Shown one piece after another: positions 25,659-34,580 of a stretch of 64,000 bases of DNA; within the stretch, counting starts at the first letter, position 1; every line of letters begins with the position of its first letter. The position numbers and the translations under genes were made by a program. The DNA is taken from contig JAFGGS010000003.1 of the NCBI GenBank assembly GCA_016930415.1, positions 6,691-70,690 on the forward strand, given 5' to 3'. The notes under the pieces are model-generated. The model was not told the origin of the DNA. It saw only the letters and a list, made by a program, of their open reading frames with translations, and searched no databases. Source of the DNA: Candidatus Woesearchaeota archaeon. GTDB taxonomy: Archaea; Nanobdellota; Nanobdellia; Woesearchaeales; SM23-78.

Positions 25659-28212
25659 ACTTCGAATACCCGCAGTCAAAGCAGGTTGGCTCTGAGCATC
25701 CGCTGACCATCTCGACGTTGGTCGAGAAGCACTTGGGGCAGAACAGGCTGTCTTTCTTCTTCTCCTCAGAGTGTTCTGCGTGGATTGGCATCAGGGTCTC
25801 CTGGGTTGCGCTGCCGTTAGCCAGTAACACTGTCTGGCCGTTCATGCCTTCGAACTTGCCTGTCGCGACTAGGTGCTCTTTGAGCGCCTTGGACACTCCG
25901 TGAGGGATAGAGTCCACCCTCTTGGGTCCGAATCCGAATGGCTTGTCTCCTTTGATGCTGTTCAGGTGCTTGAGCAAGCGGTTCGCGTTTCCTCCCTGCT
26001 CGAAGTACTTCGATATCAGTATCCCGATTGCCGTAGTCATTCCTGATATCTCAGTCCCTGTAGGGCTTAGGTTCGCGAACATCTGCAATGGCCCTATGTC
26101 GTCGTAGTTGATGTGGATGTGAAGCGGCCCTTGTCCTGTGTTTATCAGGTAGTAGCTGCTCTTGTCAGGCATCCTCTCCTTCTCTTCCTGAACCGCTTCT
26201 TTCTTCTCGTCCTTCTTCGAACTGATGTTAAGGATCTGGAACTGCTTGCTGCCGTCCCTGTAGATGGTCACGCCTTTTGCTCCGAACTCGTAAGCCTTCA
26301 AGTATATCTCACGGACCTCCGCCACAGTGGCCTCGTTCTTCAGGTTCACGGTCTTTGACACCGCGTTGTTCGTGTACTTCTGGAACGCGACTTGCATCTT
26401 CAAGTGGTTTATCGGCTTTATGTCGTGGCTCGTCAGGAAGAGGTTCTGTATCTTCTCAGGGATCTCCTTGATGCCTATCAGGCTCTTGTGGTTCTGCTCG
26501 ACCTTCTTGTAGAGCTCGTTCTCCTTGAGTCCGAAGAAGCTGTTCTCAATTGCCATCTTCTTGAAGAGCGGGTTGACCTCGAAAAAGGTGTCCTTCTCAA
26601 GCGGAGTCTCTCCTTTCTTGAGCGCGTCGATACCCGCGGCGTTATACCTGGTATAAGCCACTGCGAAGAACGGCTCGATGCCGGCTCCCTGTAGACCTGC
26701 GGCGATCCCTATGGTGCCTGTCGGGGCTATCGTGGTTATCGCGCTGTTCCTAGGCCTACTCTCCTTTCCCTTGTAGTGCTTGCTCTTAGTGTCGTAGATG
26801 CTTCCTTTCCAGCTGGGGAAGAGTCCTCTCTTCTTGGCCAGCTCCTCGCTAGCCCTCCTTGACTCCGAGTCTATGTACTTCATGACCTCCTCTGCCTTCC
26901 TGAAAGCGAGTTCAGACTCGTATGGGAGCCCTAGGGCTACCAGGCTCTCTGCCCACCCCATGACTCCAAGGCCTATCCTTCGGCCAAGCTTCGCCATGTA
27001 CTCTATCTTCGGTAGAGGATAGTTGTTCACGTCTATCACGTTGTCCAGGAAGTAGACTGAGTTATGCACGCACACCTTGAGGCGTTCCCAGTCAAAGTCT
27101 TTCTTCTTCTCGTCCACGAACCTGAACAGGTTGATGCTTCCCAGGTTGCAAGGCTCGTATGGCAGGAGCGGCTGCTCTCCGCAGGGGTTCGTTGACTCGA
27201 TCATCCCCTGCTCCGGCGTAGGGTTGCTCTCAGTCTCGTTTATCCTGTCGATTATTATTATCCCTGGGTCGCCGCTCTTCCACGCGCTCTCGACTATCTC
27301 GTCAAAGAGCTCTTTCGCGTTCAGCTTGCCGGTCACGCCGTTGTCGCGCGGGTTTATGAGCTCTATCTCTGTCCCTGCGGCCGCAGCGTCCATGAACTTC
27401 TTGTCTATCGCCACGCTTATGTTGAAGTTCTCGAAGGCGTTGTTCCCGTCCTTGCAGTGGATGAAGTCTCTGATGTTTGGGTGGTCGTATCGCAGGATGC
27501 CCATGTTGGCCCCTCGCCTGGTCCCTCCTTGCTTGACTACGTCTGTCGACTTGTCGAAGAGGCTCATGAATGATATGGGTCCTGAGGATATCCCTTTTGT
27601 CGTCTTCACGTGGTCCTTGGTCGGCCTTAGCCTTGAGAACGAGAAGCCAGTCCCACCTCCGCTCTTGTGCACGAGCGCCATGCTCTTGACTGCGTCATAT
27701 ATCTCCTCTATGGAGTCGCCTACTGGCAGCACGTAGCATGCTGACAGCTGTTGGAGGGCTCGTCCTGAGTTCATGAGAGTCGGGCTATTGGGCAGGAACT
27801 CGAAGGATGACATCATAGTGTAGAATACCTTGGCCAGCTTCTCAATCCTCTCCCTTGCAGAAGGGTTCTTGTCCAGGACTGCGTTCAGGTTCTTTATGAA
27901 GCGCTTGAAGTTCTCGTCCCGGGCGTTATAGTGGGAGATCTCCTTGTGCAGGAGGAGCATCTCGGTCTTTTGCCCGGCGTCTGTCTCGTGGGTCTCGTAC
28001 GAGTATTTCACGCCTTCGAACAAGTCTTCCTTGCGGACGTCTTTCATGTATAAGAGCTCTGAGAGCGCTATGTTGGTCGCGATGTTCCACAGCCAGCTTT
28101 CCGGGCTCGGCGCGTCCTTCATGTACTTGTCAGCTATCACTTTCGACTGGTTCTCAGTAAGCCTTATCTTCGGAAGCTCTTCCGGCAGCTTCCTCCCATT
28201 GTATTCAATCAT
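25651..28212 (-). CDS. nrdJ: Class II adenosylcobalamin-dependent ribonucleotide reductase with C-terminal TSCPD-like and Zn-ribbon domains
   Basis: FLPNSPTLMN, QLSACYVL, GGTRRGANM, TNPCGEQPL, CNLGSINL, TIAPTGT, AVSKTVN, KGVTIYRDGS, CPKC...CFDCGYSKC. Confidence 0.95.
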   Translation of the reverse strand: MIEYNGRKLPEELPKIRLTENQSKVIADKYMKDAPSPESWLWNIATNIALSELLYMKDVRKEDLFEGVKYSYETHETDAGQKTEMLLLHKEISHYNARDENFKRFIKNLNAVLDKNPSARERIEKLAKVFYTMMSSFEFLPNSPTLMNSGRALQQLSACYVLPVGDSIEEIYDAVKSMALVHKSGGGTGFSFSRLRPTKDHVKTTKGISSGPISFMSLFDKSTDVVKQGGTRRGANMGILRYDHPNIRDFIHCKDGNNAFENFNISVAIDKKFMDAAAAGTEIELINPRDNGVTGKLNAKELFDEIVESAWKSGDPGIIIIDRINETESNPTPEQGMIESTNPCGEQPLLPYEPCNLGSINLFRFVDEKKKDFDWERLKVCVHNSVYFLDNVIDVNNYPLPKIEYMAKLGRRIGLGVMGWAESLVALGLPYESELAFRKAEEVMKYIDSESRRASEELAKKRGLFPSWKGSIYDTKSKHYKGKESRPRNSAITTIAPTGTIGIAAGLQGAGIEPFFAVAYTRYNAAGIDALKKGETPLEKDTFFEVNPLFKKMAIENSFFGLKENELYKKVEQNHKSLIGIKEIPEKIQNLFLTSHDIKPINHLKMQVAFQKYTNNAVSKTVNLKNEATVAEVREIYLKAYEFGAKGVTIYRDGSKQFQILNISSKKDEKKEAVQEEKERMPDKSSYYLINTGQGPLHIHINYDDIGPLQMFANLSPTGTEISGMTTAIGILISKYFEQGGNANRLLKHLNSIKGDKPFGFGPKRVDSIPHGVSKALKEHLVATGKFEGMNGQTVLLANGSATQETLMPIHAEHSEEKKKDSLFCPKCFSTNVEMVSGCSEPTCFDCGYSKCS

Positions 28213-28699
28213 TCACATCTCCTCCTATCTTGTTTTTTTGCCGATTGTTAGATTTCGTGTCCATCTGGCCCAGGGCTTTCTTGAAGTCCTCGAGGTCTTC
28301 GAACTTCTTGTATACTGAGGCGAACCGTATGTAGGCGACTGCGTCGAGCTTGCGAAGCTTCTGCATGGCGAGGGCTCCTATCTCTGAGCTCTTGGCTTCT
28401 GGTTTGCCTTTGCTTCTTAGCTTGCGTTCTATGTCGTCCAGCAGCTCTTCTATCTGGTTTGTCGTGACCGGCCGCTTCTCGCAGGCTTTCAAAAATCCGC
28501 GCTTGAGCTTGTCGCGGTCGAATAGTTCCCTGTTACCGTCTTGCTTTATGACTCGCAAGTGGACTTGTTCCTGGCGTTCATAGGTGGTGAATCTCTTCTT
28601 GCATCTGGTGCATTCGCGCCTCCGTCTGGTTACGTCTTCTGCAGTCTCCCGAGTCTCCATGACCTGGGTGTCGTCGTTTGCGCAAAATGGGCATTTCAA
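28205..28699 (-). CDS. nrdR: Transcriptional repressor NrdR (Zn ribbon + ATP cone)
   Basis: TTG start with SD GAGGTGA; KCPFC, TRRRRECTRCKKRFTTYE, VIKQDG..E.FDRDKL, VAYIRFASVY. Confidence 0.95.
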   Translation of the reverse strand: MKCPFCANDDTQVMETRETAEDVTRRRRECTRCKKRFTTYERQEQVHLRVIKQDGNRELFDRDKLKRGFLKACEKRPVTTNQIEELLDDIERKLRSKGKPEAKSSEIGALAMQKLRKLDAVAYIRFASVYKKFEDLEDFKKALGQMDTKSNNRQKNKIGGDVND

Positions 28700-28734
28700 T
28701 GCAATATTCACCTCGTCGGACATAATGACCCAAA

Positions 28735-28782
28735 ACACTAGTGGTAGTGTCTAGAAGCCACCCCTAACACCACATATTGCGT
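28735..28782. promoter_or_regulatory. Tandem NrdR boxes
   Basis: ACACTAGTGGTAGTGT (28735-28750) and ACACCACATATTGCGT (28767-28782) are 16-bp quasi-palindromes resembling the acaCwAtATaTwGtgt consensus, with starts 32 bp apart. Confidence 0.8.
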
Positions 28783-28800
28783 ATGATGAGAATAGTACGA

Positions 28801-28814
28801 TTTATAAAGTTTCC
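28801..28814 (-). promoter_or_regulatory. BRE/TATA promoter of nrdR-nrdJ
   Basis: Minus strand GGAAAC-TTTATAAA; the predicted TSS (~28775) falls inside the upstream NrdR box. Confidence 0.65.
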
Positions 28815-28904
28815 TGTAATGCAACATATAATTTGCAAAAAAACCTTTGCAAAAACTGCAAAGAAAAGCAACCATTCAAGGCCCTAATAAATAAACAGGC
28901 CCAC

Positions 28905-29906
28905 CTACTCCTTCGCGATCAAGAGCGAGAGGAGAGACATCCTCACGAACAAGCCGCACTGCGCCTGCTCAAAATACCGTGCCCTAGAATCCTCATCCAC
29001 ATCAGGCGCAATCTCATCAATGCGCGGCAAGGGATGCATGATGATGGCAGAAGCCTTCATCGAAGCGGCCTTCTTGGCGTCAAGGACATACACGCCCTTG
29101 CAAGCCAAGTACTCCTTCTCGCTGGCAAAACGCTCCTTCTGGACGCGAGTCATGTAAAGTACATCAACCAAAGGAAGCACATCCTCAAGCTTCTCAGTCT
29201 CAGAATACTTGAAACCCTTACGCTTCAGAAGATCCTTGATGTCATCCTTCATAGCCAAAGCCTTAGGAGCCACGAAGAAAAGCTCTACACCCTTGAAATG
29301 CACCAAGAGCTGAGCCAAGGAACGCACAGTCCTGCCGTTCTTCAAGTCGCCCACAAAGGCTACCTTCTTGCCCTCAACCTCTCCGAACTCCCGCTTGATC
29401 GTGTACAAGTCAAGAAGCGCCTGGGTAGGATGCTCACCAGGACCATCCCCTGCGTTGAGCACAGGCACCCTAGAGACTCCAGCCGCGGTCCTAGCAGCCC
29501 CCTTCTCGTCATGACGCATTACTATCACGTCGCAATACCCATTCAAGATGCGGATGGTATCCTGCAAGGTCTCGCCCTTGGAGACGCTTGAGAACTCACG
29601 CGCATTCTCAGTGCCGACTACGCAGCCACCCAAGCGAAGCATCGAAGACTCAAAAGACAGCCTGGTCCTGGTAGACGCCTCGTAGAAGAGAGTCGCCATG
29701 ACCTTGCCTTTCAGTATCGAAGAGCCGCCGCTAGTCTTGACCAGCTTCTCCATCTCAGCAGCCTTTGAGAGCACGACGTCCAGATCAACCCTCTCAAACT
29801 GGGAAGCGCTGATGATATGGGAGAAACGCTTTGAAAAACCTGAGAAATCAATACGACTACAAGGGACAGAACGAGATTGATCATGACCCTTAGAGGCCTT
29901 CTTCAA
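28905..29906 (-). CDS. pyrB: Aspartate carbamoyltransferase catalytic subunit
   Basis: FYEASTRTRLSFE, KGETLQDT, MRH, NAGDG..EHPTQALLD, GDLKNGRT, RVQKER, MHPLPR. Confidence 0.95.
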   Translation of the reverse strand: MKKASKGHDQSRSVPCSRIDFSGFSKRFSHIISASQFERVDLDVVLSKAAEMEKLVKTSGGSSILKGKVMATLFYEASTRTRLSFESSMLRLGGCVVGTENAREFSSVSKGETLQDTIRILNGYCDVIVMRHDEKGAARTAAGVSRVPVLNAGDGPGEHPTQALLDLYTIKREFGEVEGKKVAFVGDLKNGRTVRSLAQLLVHFKGVELFFVAPKALAMKDDIKDLLKRKGFKYSETEKLEDVLPLVDVLYMTRVQKERFASEKEYLACKGVYVLDAKKAASMKASAIIMHPLPRIDEIAPDVDEDSRARYFEQAQCGLFVRMSLLSLLIAKE

Positions 29907-29966
29907 ATGACTCCCCTCCAAAGCCTGGATGCGGCTTCAAACCGGACACTTTCCAAGAGAAAAGCA

Positions 29967-30191
29967 TCACGCCAATTTATTTCCCGAATCATCAACAAGG
30001 CGTATGGCATTCACAGGGCAGACCTCTGCAGCGTTCTTCGCGCCCTCAAGGTCCTCAGTCTCTGCCTTCTTCGCGACCGCCTTATGACCTTTGTCAGTCT
30101 CCTTTATATCAAAGAGATCAGGGCAAGTCGCGGCGCAGGCGCCGCAGCCAATGCAAGCCTCGGCATCCACTGATAACTTATATTTCGCCAT
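29967..30191 (-). CDS. Ferredoxin (single 4Fe-4S cluster type)
   Basis: CIGCGACAATCP ... CPVNAI; leaderless start after TATA at ~30219-30226. Confidence 0.9.
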   Translation of the reverse strand: MAKYKLSVDAEACIGCGACAATCPDLFDIKETDKGHKAVAKKAETEDLEGAKNAAEVCPVNAIRLVDDSGNKLA

Positions 30192-30254
30192 TATCAAGCA
30201 ATCCTGGATTCCTTCAAGTTTATAAATTTTTGCACGAAAATAACAGCATACCAA

Positions 30255-30620
30255 TCAATCCTTCGCGTCCTTGGAAGCCTTCATCTCACTCTGCGCGGCC
30301 TCGTTAAGCTCCCCTACAAGCTTGTCAATCTCCTCTTCGCTCATGCCGTGCGCAGAGCAACCCTGCTCGATGGTTTCGAAGGCCATCATGCCGCAGCCAA
30401 GGCAATGAAGCCCGTATGAGAACATTATCTCAGGCGCGGCGCCGCTAGTCCTGGCAGCCTCGCCGATAGGCATATCCCTCGCGACCACGCATTCCTTTGG
30501 AGCAACCTGCTCCTTTGCAGCCTTGTCATGAGAATGCTTCTTCTCAGCAGGCGCCTTAGACGCCTCTTTCTCTATCTTCTTCTCCTGAGACTTCTTCTTG
30601 AGTTTTGAAAACATCAGCAT
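30255..30620 (-). CDS. DUF1858-like (hybrid-cluster-associated) protein
   Basis: DMPIGE...YGLHCLGCGMMAFETIEQGC..HG motif. Confidence 0.8.
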   Translation of the reverse strand: MLMFSKLKKKSQEKKIEKEASKAPAEKKHSHDKAAKEQVAPKECVVARDMPIGEAARTSGAAPEIMFSYGLHCLGCGMMAFETIEQGCSAHGMSEEEIDKLVGELNEAAQSEMKASKDAKD

Positions 30621-30707
30621 CACCTGTCCTTGAAGGACGGACCGTCTTTTTATAAATGTTTCATAAAGGGATAAAAACAATATTTTGAGTGAACAAACCA
30701 AAGAGCA

Positions 30708-31307
30708 TCATTTCTTCATGTAAGCCTTGACTATCACGACGTCCTGGACAGGCCAGTTCTGATGAGGAGGCCTGTTGCCGGTCGCGACGCTCTCGATCTT
30801 CTGGACGACGTCCATGCCCAAGACTACTTTGCCGAAGACCGCATAACCCGGGTTTCCAGGCGCGAAGTCGAGGAACGAGTTGTCGACCGTGCTTATGAAG
30901 AACTGGCTCGTCGCGCTGTCAGGCACGTTGGTCCTGGCCATGGCGATCGTCCCTGCCTTGTTCTTCAGGCCGTTTGACGACTCTAGCTTGATAGGATCAG
31001 CAGGCTCTTTCTGGACGCCATCAGGAGAGAATCCTCCGCCCTGGATCATGAAGCCCTTCATCACCCTGTGGAATATCAATCCGTCGTAGAACCCGCTGTT
31101 CACGTAAGAGACAAAGTTCTCTACAGTCACAGGAGACGCGCTCCTGTTAAGCTCTATCTCTATGTTACCCATGCTGGTCTCTAAGACCGCTACCTCTCCC
31201 ATTGAAGCACCTCCTTCTGGCTTGCAGCCCTGCAAAACAAGGGCTGATACGATTGACAAGACAAGAAACAAAGCGAACAAGACACCGCTATGCTTACATC
31301 CCCTCAA
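30708..31307 (-). CDS. Cyclophilin-type peptidyl-prolyl isomerase, probably lipid-anchored
   Basis: Hydrophobic N-terminus ending LQGC; FHRVMKGFMIQGGG, IAMART, SATSQFFI, GYAVFGKV. Confidence 0.93.
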   Translation of the reverse strand: MRGCKHSGVLFALFLVLSIVSALVLQGCKPEGGASMGEVAVLETSMGNIEIELNRSASPVTVENFVSYVNSGFYDGLIFHRVMKGFMIQGGGFSPDGVQKEPADPIKLESSNGLKNKAGTIAMARTNVPDSATSQFFISTVDNSFLDFAPGNPGYAVFGKVVLGMDVVQKIESVATGNRPPHQNWPVQDVVIVKAYMKK

Positions 31308-31405
31308 AAAAACCACCTCGATTAATATGAAGGCTTGCGCAGGGATTTATAAAAATTGCCCTTGTTTCATCAAATATTTAAACTCGAAGCATCGATTGTC
31401 ATCTC

Positions 31406-32335
31406 ATGAAGGTCCTAGTCACCGGCGGGTGCGGCTTTGTCGGAAGCCATGTTGTCGATGCATTGATTGCTAAGGGTCATGAGGTTCTTATCTTTGACAA
31501 TTTGTCTACGGGAAAGAAGGATTACATCCCGAAGAGCGCAACGCTCTACAAGGGGGACATAACCAAGTTCAAGAACCTCGACAAGGCATTCTCCAGGTTC
31601 AAGCCCGAAGTAGTCGTCCACACCGCAGCCCAGGTGATGCTGAGAAGAAGCCTTGAAGACCCTGTGTTCGATGCAAGGGTCAATTTCATCGGCACCTTGA
31701 ACGTCATGGAGGCTTGCCAGAAACATAAGGACAGCGTCAAGAAAGTCATATATACTGGTACTGGAGGAGCGGCTTACGGAGACCCGAAGAAGCTCCCCGT
31801 GGCAGAAGAAGCCGAGAAGATCCCGCTCTCGCCTTATGGCTGCTCAAAGGTCTCTGCAGAGTTCTACGTCAGGTCTTACTCGATCAACAATGGTTTTGAT
31901 CACTTGATATTCAGGTTCGGGAACGTATACGGGCCAAGGGATGACGCGGGTACCAAGCGAGTGATTCCTGTGTTCGTGGAAGGGCTTACCAAGGGGAAGG
32001 AGTTCTCGATCTTCGGAGACGGCAAGCAGACAAGGGATTTCTTGTTCGTGAAGGACATATCAAAGCTCGTGGCTGATAACGTGGACAAGAAGACCGGGGG
32101 CAAGACTTACAACTTAGCGTCTGGCGAGGGCATATCTGTTAATGATGTGTACAAGGTTGTGGCCAAGGCATTAGGGATCGATAAGGATGCTCCTCACAAG
32201 GAAGCCATCAAAGGCGAGGTAAGGTTCATCTTCTTGGATATCAAGAAGGCAAGAAGAGAGCTTGGCTTCAAGCCCACTAGTTTCGAGGATGGGATGAAGG
32301 AGACTGTCGAGTGGTTCAAGGGCTTGAAGAAGTGA
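31406..32335 (+). CDS. NAD-dependent epimerase/dehydratase (GalE-like)
   Basis: TGGCGFVGSH, SPYGCSK, GNVYGPR, GDGKQTRDF. Confidence 0.9.
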   Translation: MKVLVTGGCGFVGSHVVDALIAKGHEVLIFDNLSTGKKDYIPKSATLYKGDITKFKNLDKAFSRFKPEVVVHTAAQVMLRRSLEDPVFDARVNFIGTLNVMEACQKHKDSVKKVIYTGTGGAAYGDPKKLPVAEEAEKIPLSPYGCSKVSAEFYVRSYSINNGFDHLIFRFGNVYGPRDDAGTKRVIPVFVEGLTKGKEFSIFGDGKQTRDFLFVKDISKLVADNVDKKTGGKTYNLASGEGISVNDVYKVVAKALGIDKDAPHKEAIKGEVRFIFLDIKKARRELGFKPTSFEDGMKETVEWFKGLKK

Positions 32336-32430
32336 AAACAGTTATATACTGCTTCTGACATACTATACTCACGGGTTTTTCCGGCTTTTCGGGATTGCTC
32401 ATCTGAAAACAATTTGGGAGGATTGGTATT

Positions 32431-33516
32431 ATGAGAAAACTACGTGCTGGCGTGCTCGCAGCGACTGGTGCTGTGGGTCAGAATTATGTGCATCTGCTCA
32501 GGGATCATCCTTGGTTTGAAATCACTTTCTTGGCAGCGTCTAAGGATTCTAAATCTTTCGAGGAGGCGGTGTCTGCAAGGGGTTGGTTCATGGGTCAGGA
32601 CATCCCTGCTGATGTCAGGAAGCTTCGCGTCTTTGAAGCGTCTAACCTCGAGGCTGCTTTGGATGGGTGTGACTTTGTCTTCAGCGCGCTTGACAAAGAT
32701 GTGGCTAAGGATCTTGAGATGAAGTATGCCAAGGCAGGCCTTCCTGTAGTGTCAAACGCATCTGCTTATAGAGGAGATCCTTTTGTCCCCATGCTCATGC
32801 CTGAAATCAACGCAGACCATATAAGAGTCATACCTGCGCAGCAGAGAAGATATGGCTTTAAGGATGGGTTCATAGTAGTGAAGCCTAACTGTTCCCTTCA
32901 ATCTTATATGAAGCCGATCCACGCGCTTATGGCAGCGGGCTATAATGTTGACAGGCTTATCGTGCACACCCAGCAGGCTGCGAGCGGCGCAGGCAGGCCT
33001 GGCGTGTCTGCCCTGGATCTCATCGATAATGTGGTGCCCTTCATCTCAGGGGAGGAGGAGAAGTCCGAAAGAGAGCCCTTGAAGATACTTGGAAGCGTTG
33101 ACAATGACAAAGGAATTGTTGATTATGAAGGATTAGCAATATCTGCTACGTGCACTAGAGTTCCAGTGCGTGACGGCCACTTGGCTTCAGTCAACATCTC
33201 GTTCAGAGGCAAGAAGCCCTCTGCTGACCAGATACGCTTGGCCTGGGCGTTGTATAGGCGCGAGCCTCAGGAGCTTGGCTTGCTTTTCGCACCAGACCAG
33301 CCAATCATTTATAGGGATGAGCCAAACAGGCCTCAGCCAGTGCTTGACAGGGACTCTGGCAACGGTATGGCCGTGACTGCAGGTAGGCTTCGAGAGTGCC
33401 CTGTGTTCGATTACAAGTTCGTATGCCTAAGCCACAACACGGTGAGAGGGGCTGCTGGTGGAGGCATCCTTAATGCAGAACTGTTGTATGCCAAGGATTG
33501 TCTGAAGCCGAGATAG
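32431..33516 (+). CDS. asd: Aspartate-semialdehyde dehydrogenase (archaeal/fungal type)
   Basis: ATGAVGQ, SNASAYR, PEINADH, PNCS, QAASGAG, CTRVPVRDGH, HNTVRGAAGG. Confidence 0.94.
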   Translation: MRKLRAGVLAATGAVGQNYVHLLRDHPWFEITFLAASKDSKSFEEAVSARGWFMGQDIPADVRKLRVFEASNLEAALDGCDFVFSALDKDVAKDLEMKYAKAGLPVVSNASAYRGDPFVPMLMPEINADHIRVIPAQQRRYGFKDGFIVVKPNCSLQSYMKPIHALMAAGYNVDRLIVHTQQAASGAGRPGVSALDLIDNVVPFISGEEEKSEREPLKILGSVDNDKGIVDYEGLAISATCTRVPVRDGHLASVNISFRGKKPSADQIRLAWALYRREPQELGLLFAPDQPIIYRDEPNRPQPVLDRDSGNGMAVTAGRLRECPVFDYKFVCLSHNTVRGAAGGGILNAELLYAKDCLKPR

Positions 33517-33567
33517 AAAGCAAAACTTGTATTAACAGAGAAAAGGCAGGCTAGGACGACAAGAGTC

Positions 33568-34116
33568 TCAGAACTTCTTCACGAAGTAGACTTCTTTAGT
33601 CTTTCCTTTATCTATCCTCTTGATGAATCCTCGCTTCTCAAGGTTTGCTAGCATAAGCGAGAGTCCTGTCTTTGAGGTGTCTGTCCTGTAACGCAAAGTG
33701 GATTGTTTTATGCCGTCTTGCTCATGCACGGCTTTCAATACTTTCTGCTCGTCCGACGTGAAGCCTGCGAGGAAGGCCTTGAACTCGTCTTTTTCGCGCT
33801 CTTCTTTCTTGGCGGACTCAAGAGCCTTTGCGACTGTCTTGTGATGCTTCTCCATCTCTTCCTGGGTCTTGTCGATGAACGAGAGGTATATTCCAAGGAA
33901 CAATAGCGCTGCAGACACTGCGCCTCCGACCAGGTACATCCAGAGGTTGGCGTTCTCCTCGTCATGGAGGCATGTGCCGTCTGACAAGTAGCATGAGCCG
34001 GTCTCTCCTATGATGCTGTTTATGTAGTAGCCTTCACGCACCTTGAAGCCGATGACGGTCAGGCCTATGATTATCGCGATGCCGATTATTATCAATCCGA
34101 GCTTCTTTTGTTTCAT
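33568..34116 (-). CDS. Membrane-anchored winged-HTH regulator with Cys/His loop
   Basis: Two TM helices flank CYLSDGTCLH; C-terminal DEQKVL...GIKQSTLR...SKTGLS..L..LEKRG.I.R HTH. Confidence 0.8.
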   Translation of the reverse strand: MKQKKLGLIIIGIAIIIGLTVIGFKVREGYYINSIIGETGSCYLSDGTCLHDEENANLWMYLVGGAVSAALLFLGIYLSFIDKTQEEMEKHHKTVAKALESAKKEEREKDEFKAFLAGFTSDEQKVLKAVHEQDGIKQSTLRYRTDTSKTGLSLMLANLEKRGFIKRIDKGKTKEVYFVKKF

Positions 34117-34194
34117 CAAGGCCTTGAGTGCGCTTCAGCATATATAAATCTTGTTTTGCCTGCAAAAGAAAACCTTGCGCTTAGAAAACCTCTT

Positions 34195-34234
34195 TTAAAC
34201 GTTAAAAAAAGCATATTTACAGGAATTAAACGTT
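34195..34234. promoter_or_regulatory. Candidate operator repeats upstream of the copper operon
   Basis: TTAAACGTT at 34195-34203 and 34226-34234 (31-bp spacing). Confidence 0.4.
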
Positions 34235-34335
34235 CTTAGCTCAATGGAGAATGGGGAAAGGTAGTAATAAAACTCAGCACATCTGGGTCTGAAGAAAGAA
34301 AAATGTCTTGTAAAGGAAAGGAGGATTGGTTTTGT

Positions 34336-34539
34336 ATGAAGAAGGTCACGATCAGCATCAAGGGGATGCATTGCAGGAGCTGCGAGGAGCTCATCAAGGA
34401 CGCGCTTGGAGAGCAGAAAGGGATCAAGAGCGTGAAGGTCTCACATGAGGAGGGAAGCGCAGTCGTCGAGTTTGATGATACAAAGTCTGATGAGAAGACC
34501 ATCAGGGATATCATCAGGAAAGAGGGCTACGAGACCTAA
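34336..34539 (+). CDS. copZ: Copper chaperone (HMA domain)
   Basis: KGMHCRSC; SD GGAGGA. Confidence 0.88.
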   Translation: MKKVTISIKGMHCRSCEELIKDALGEQKGIKSVKVSHEEGSAVVEFDDTKSDEKTIRDIIRKEGYET

Positions 34540-34580
34540 GAAGAGCAGATGATGCTAAGAAGCAGGAGAGGTTGATTCAC

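Noticed and set aside
32341-32430. Leader peptide or lysine riboswitch upstream of asd
   Set aside because: The ~60-nt leader has no ATG-initiated uORF and only a small hairpin.
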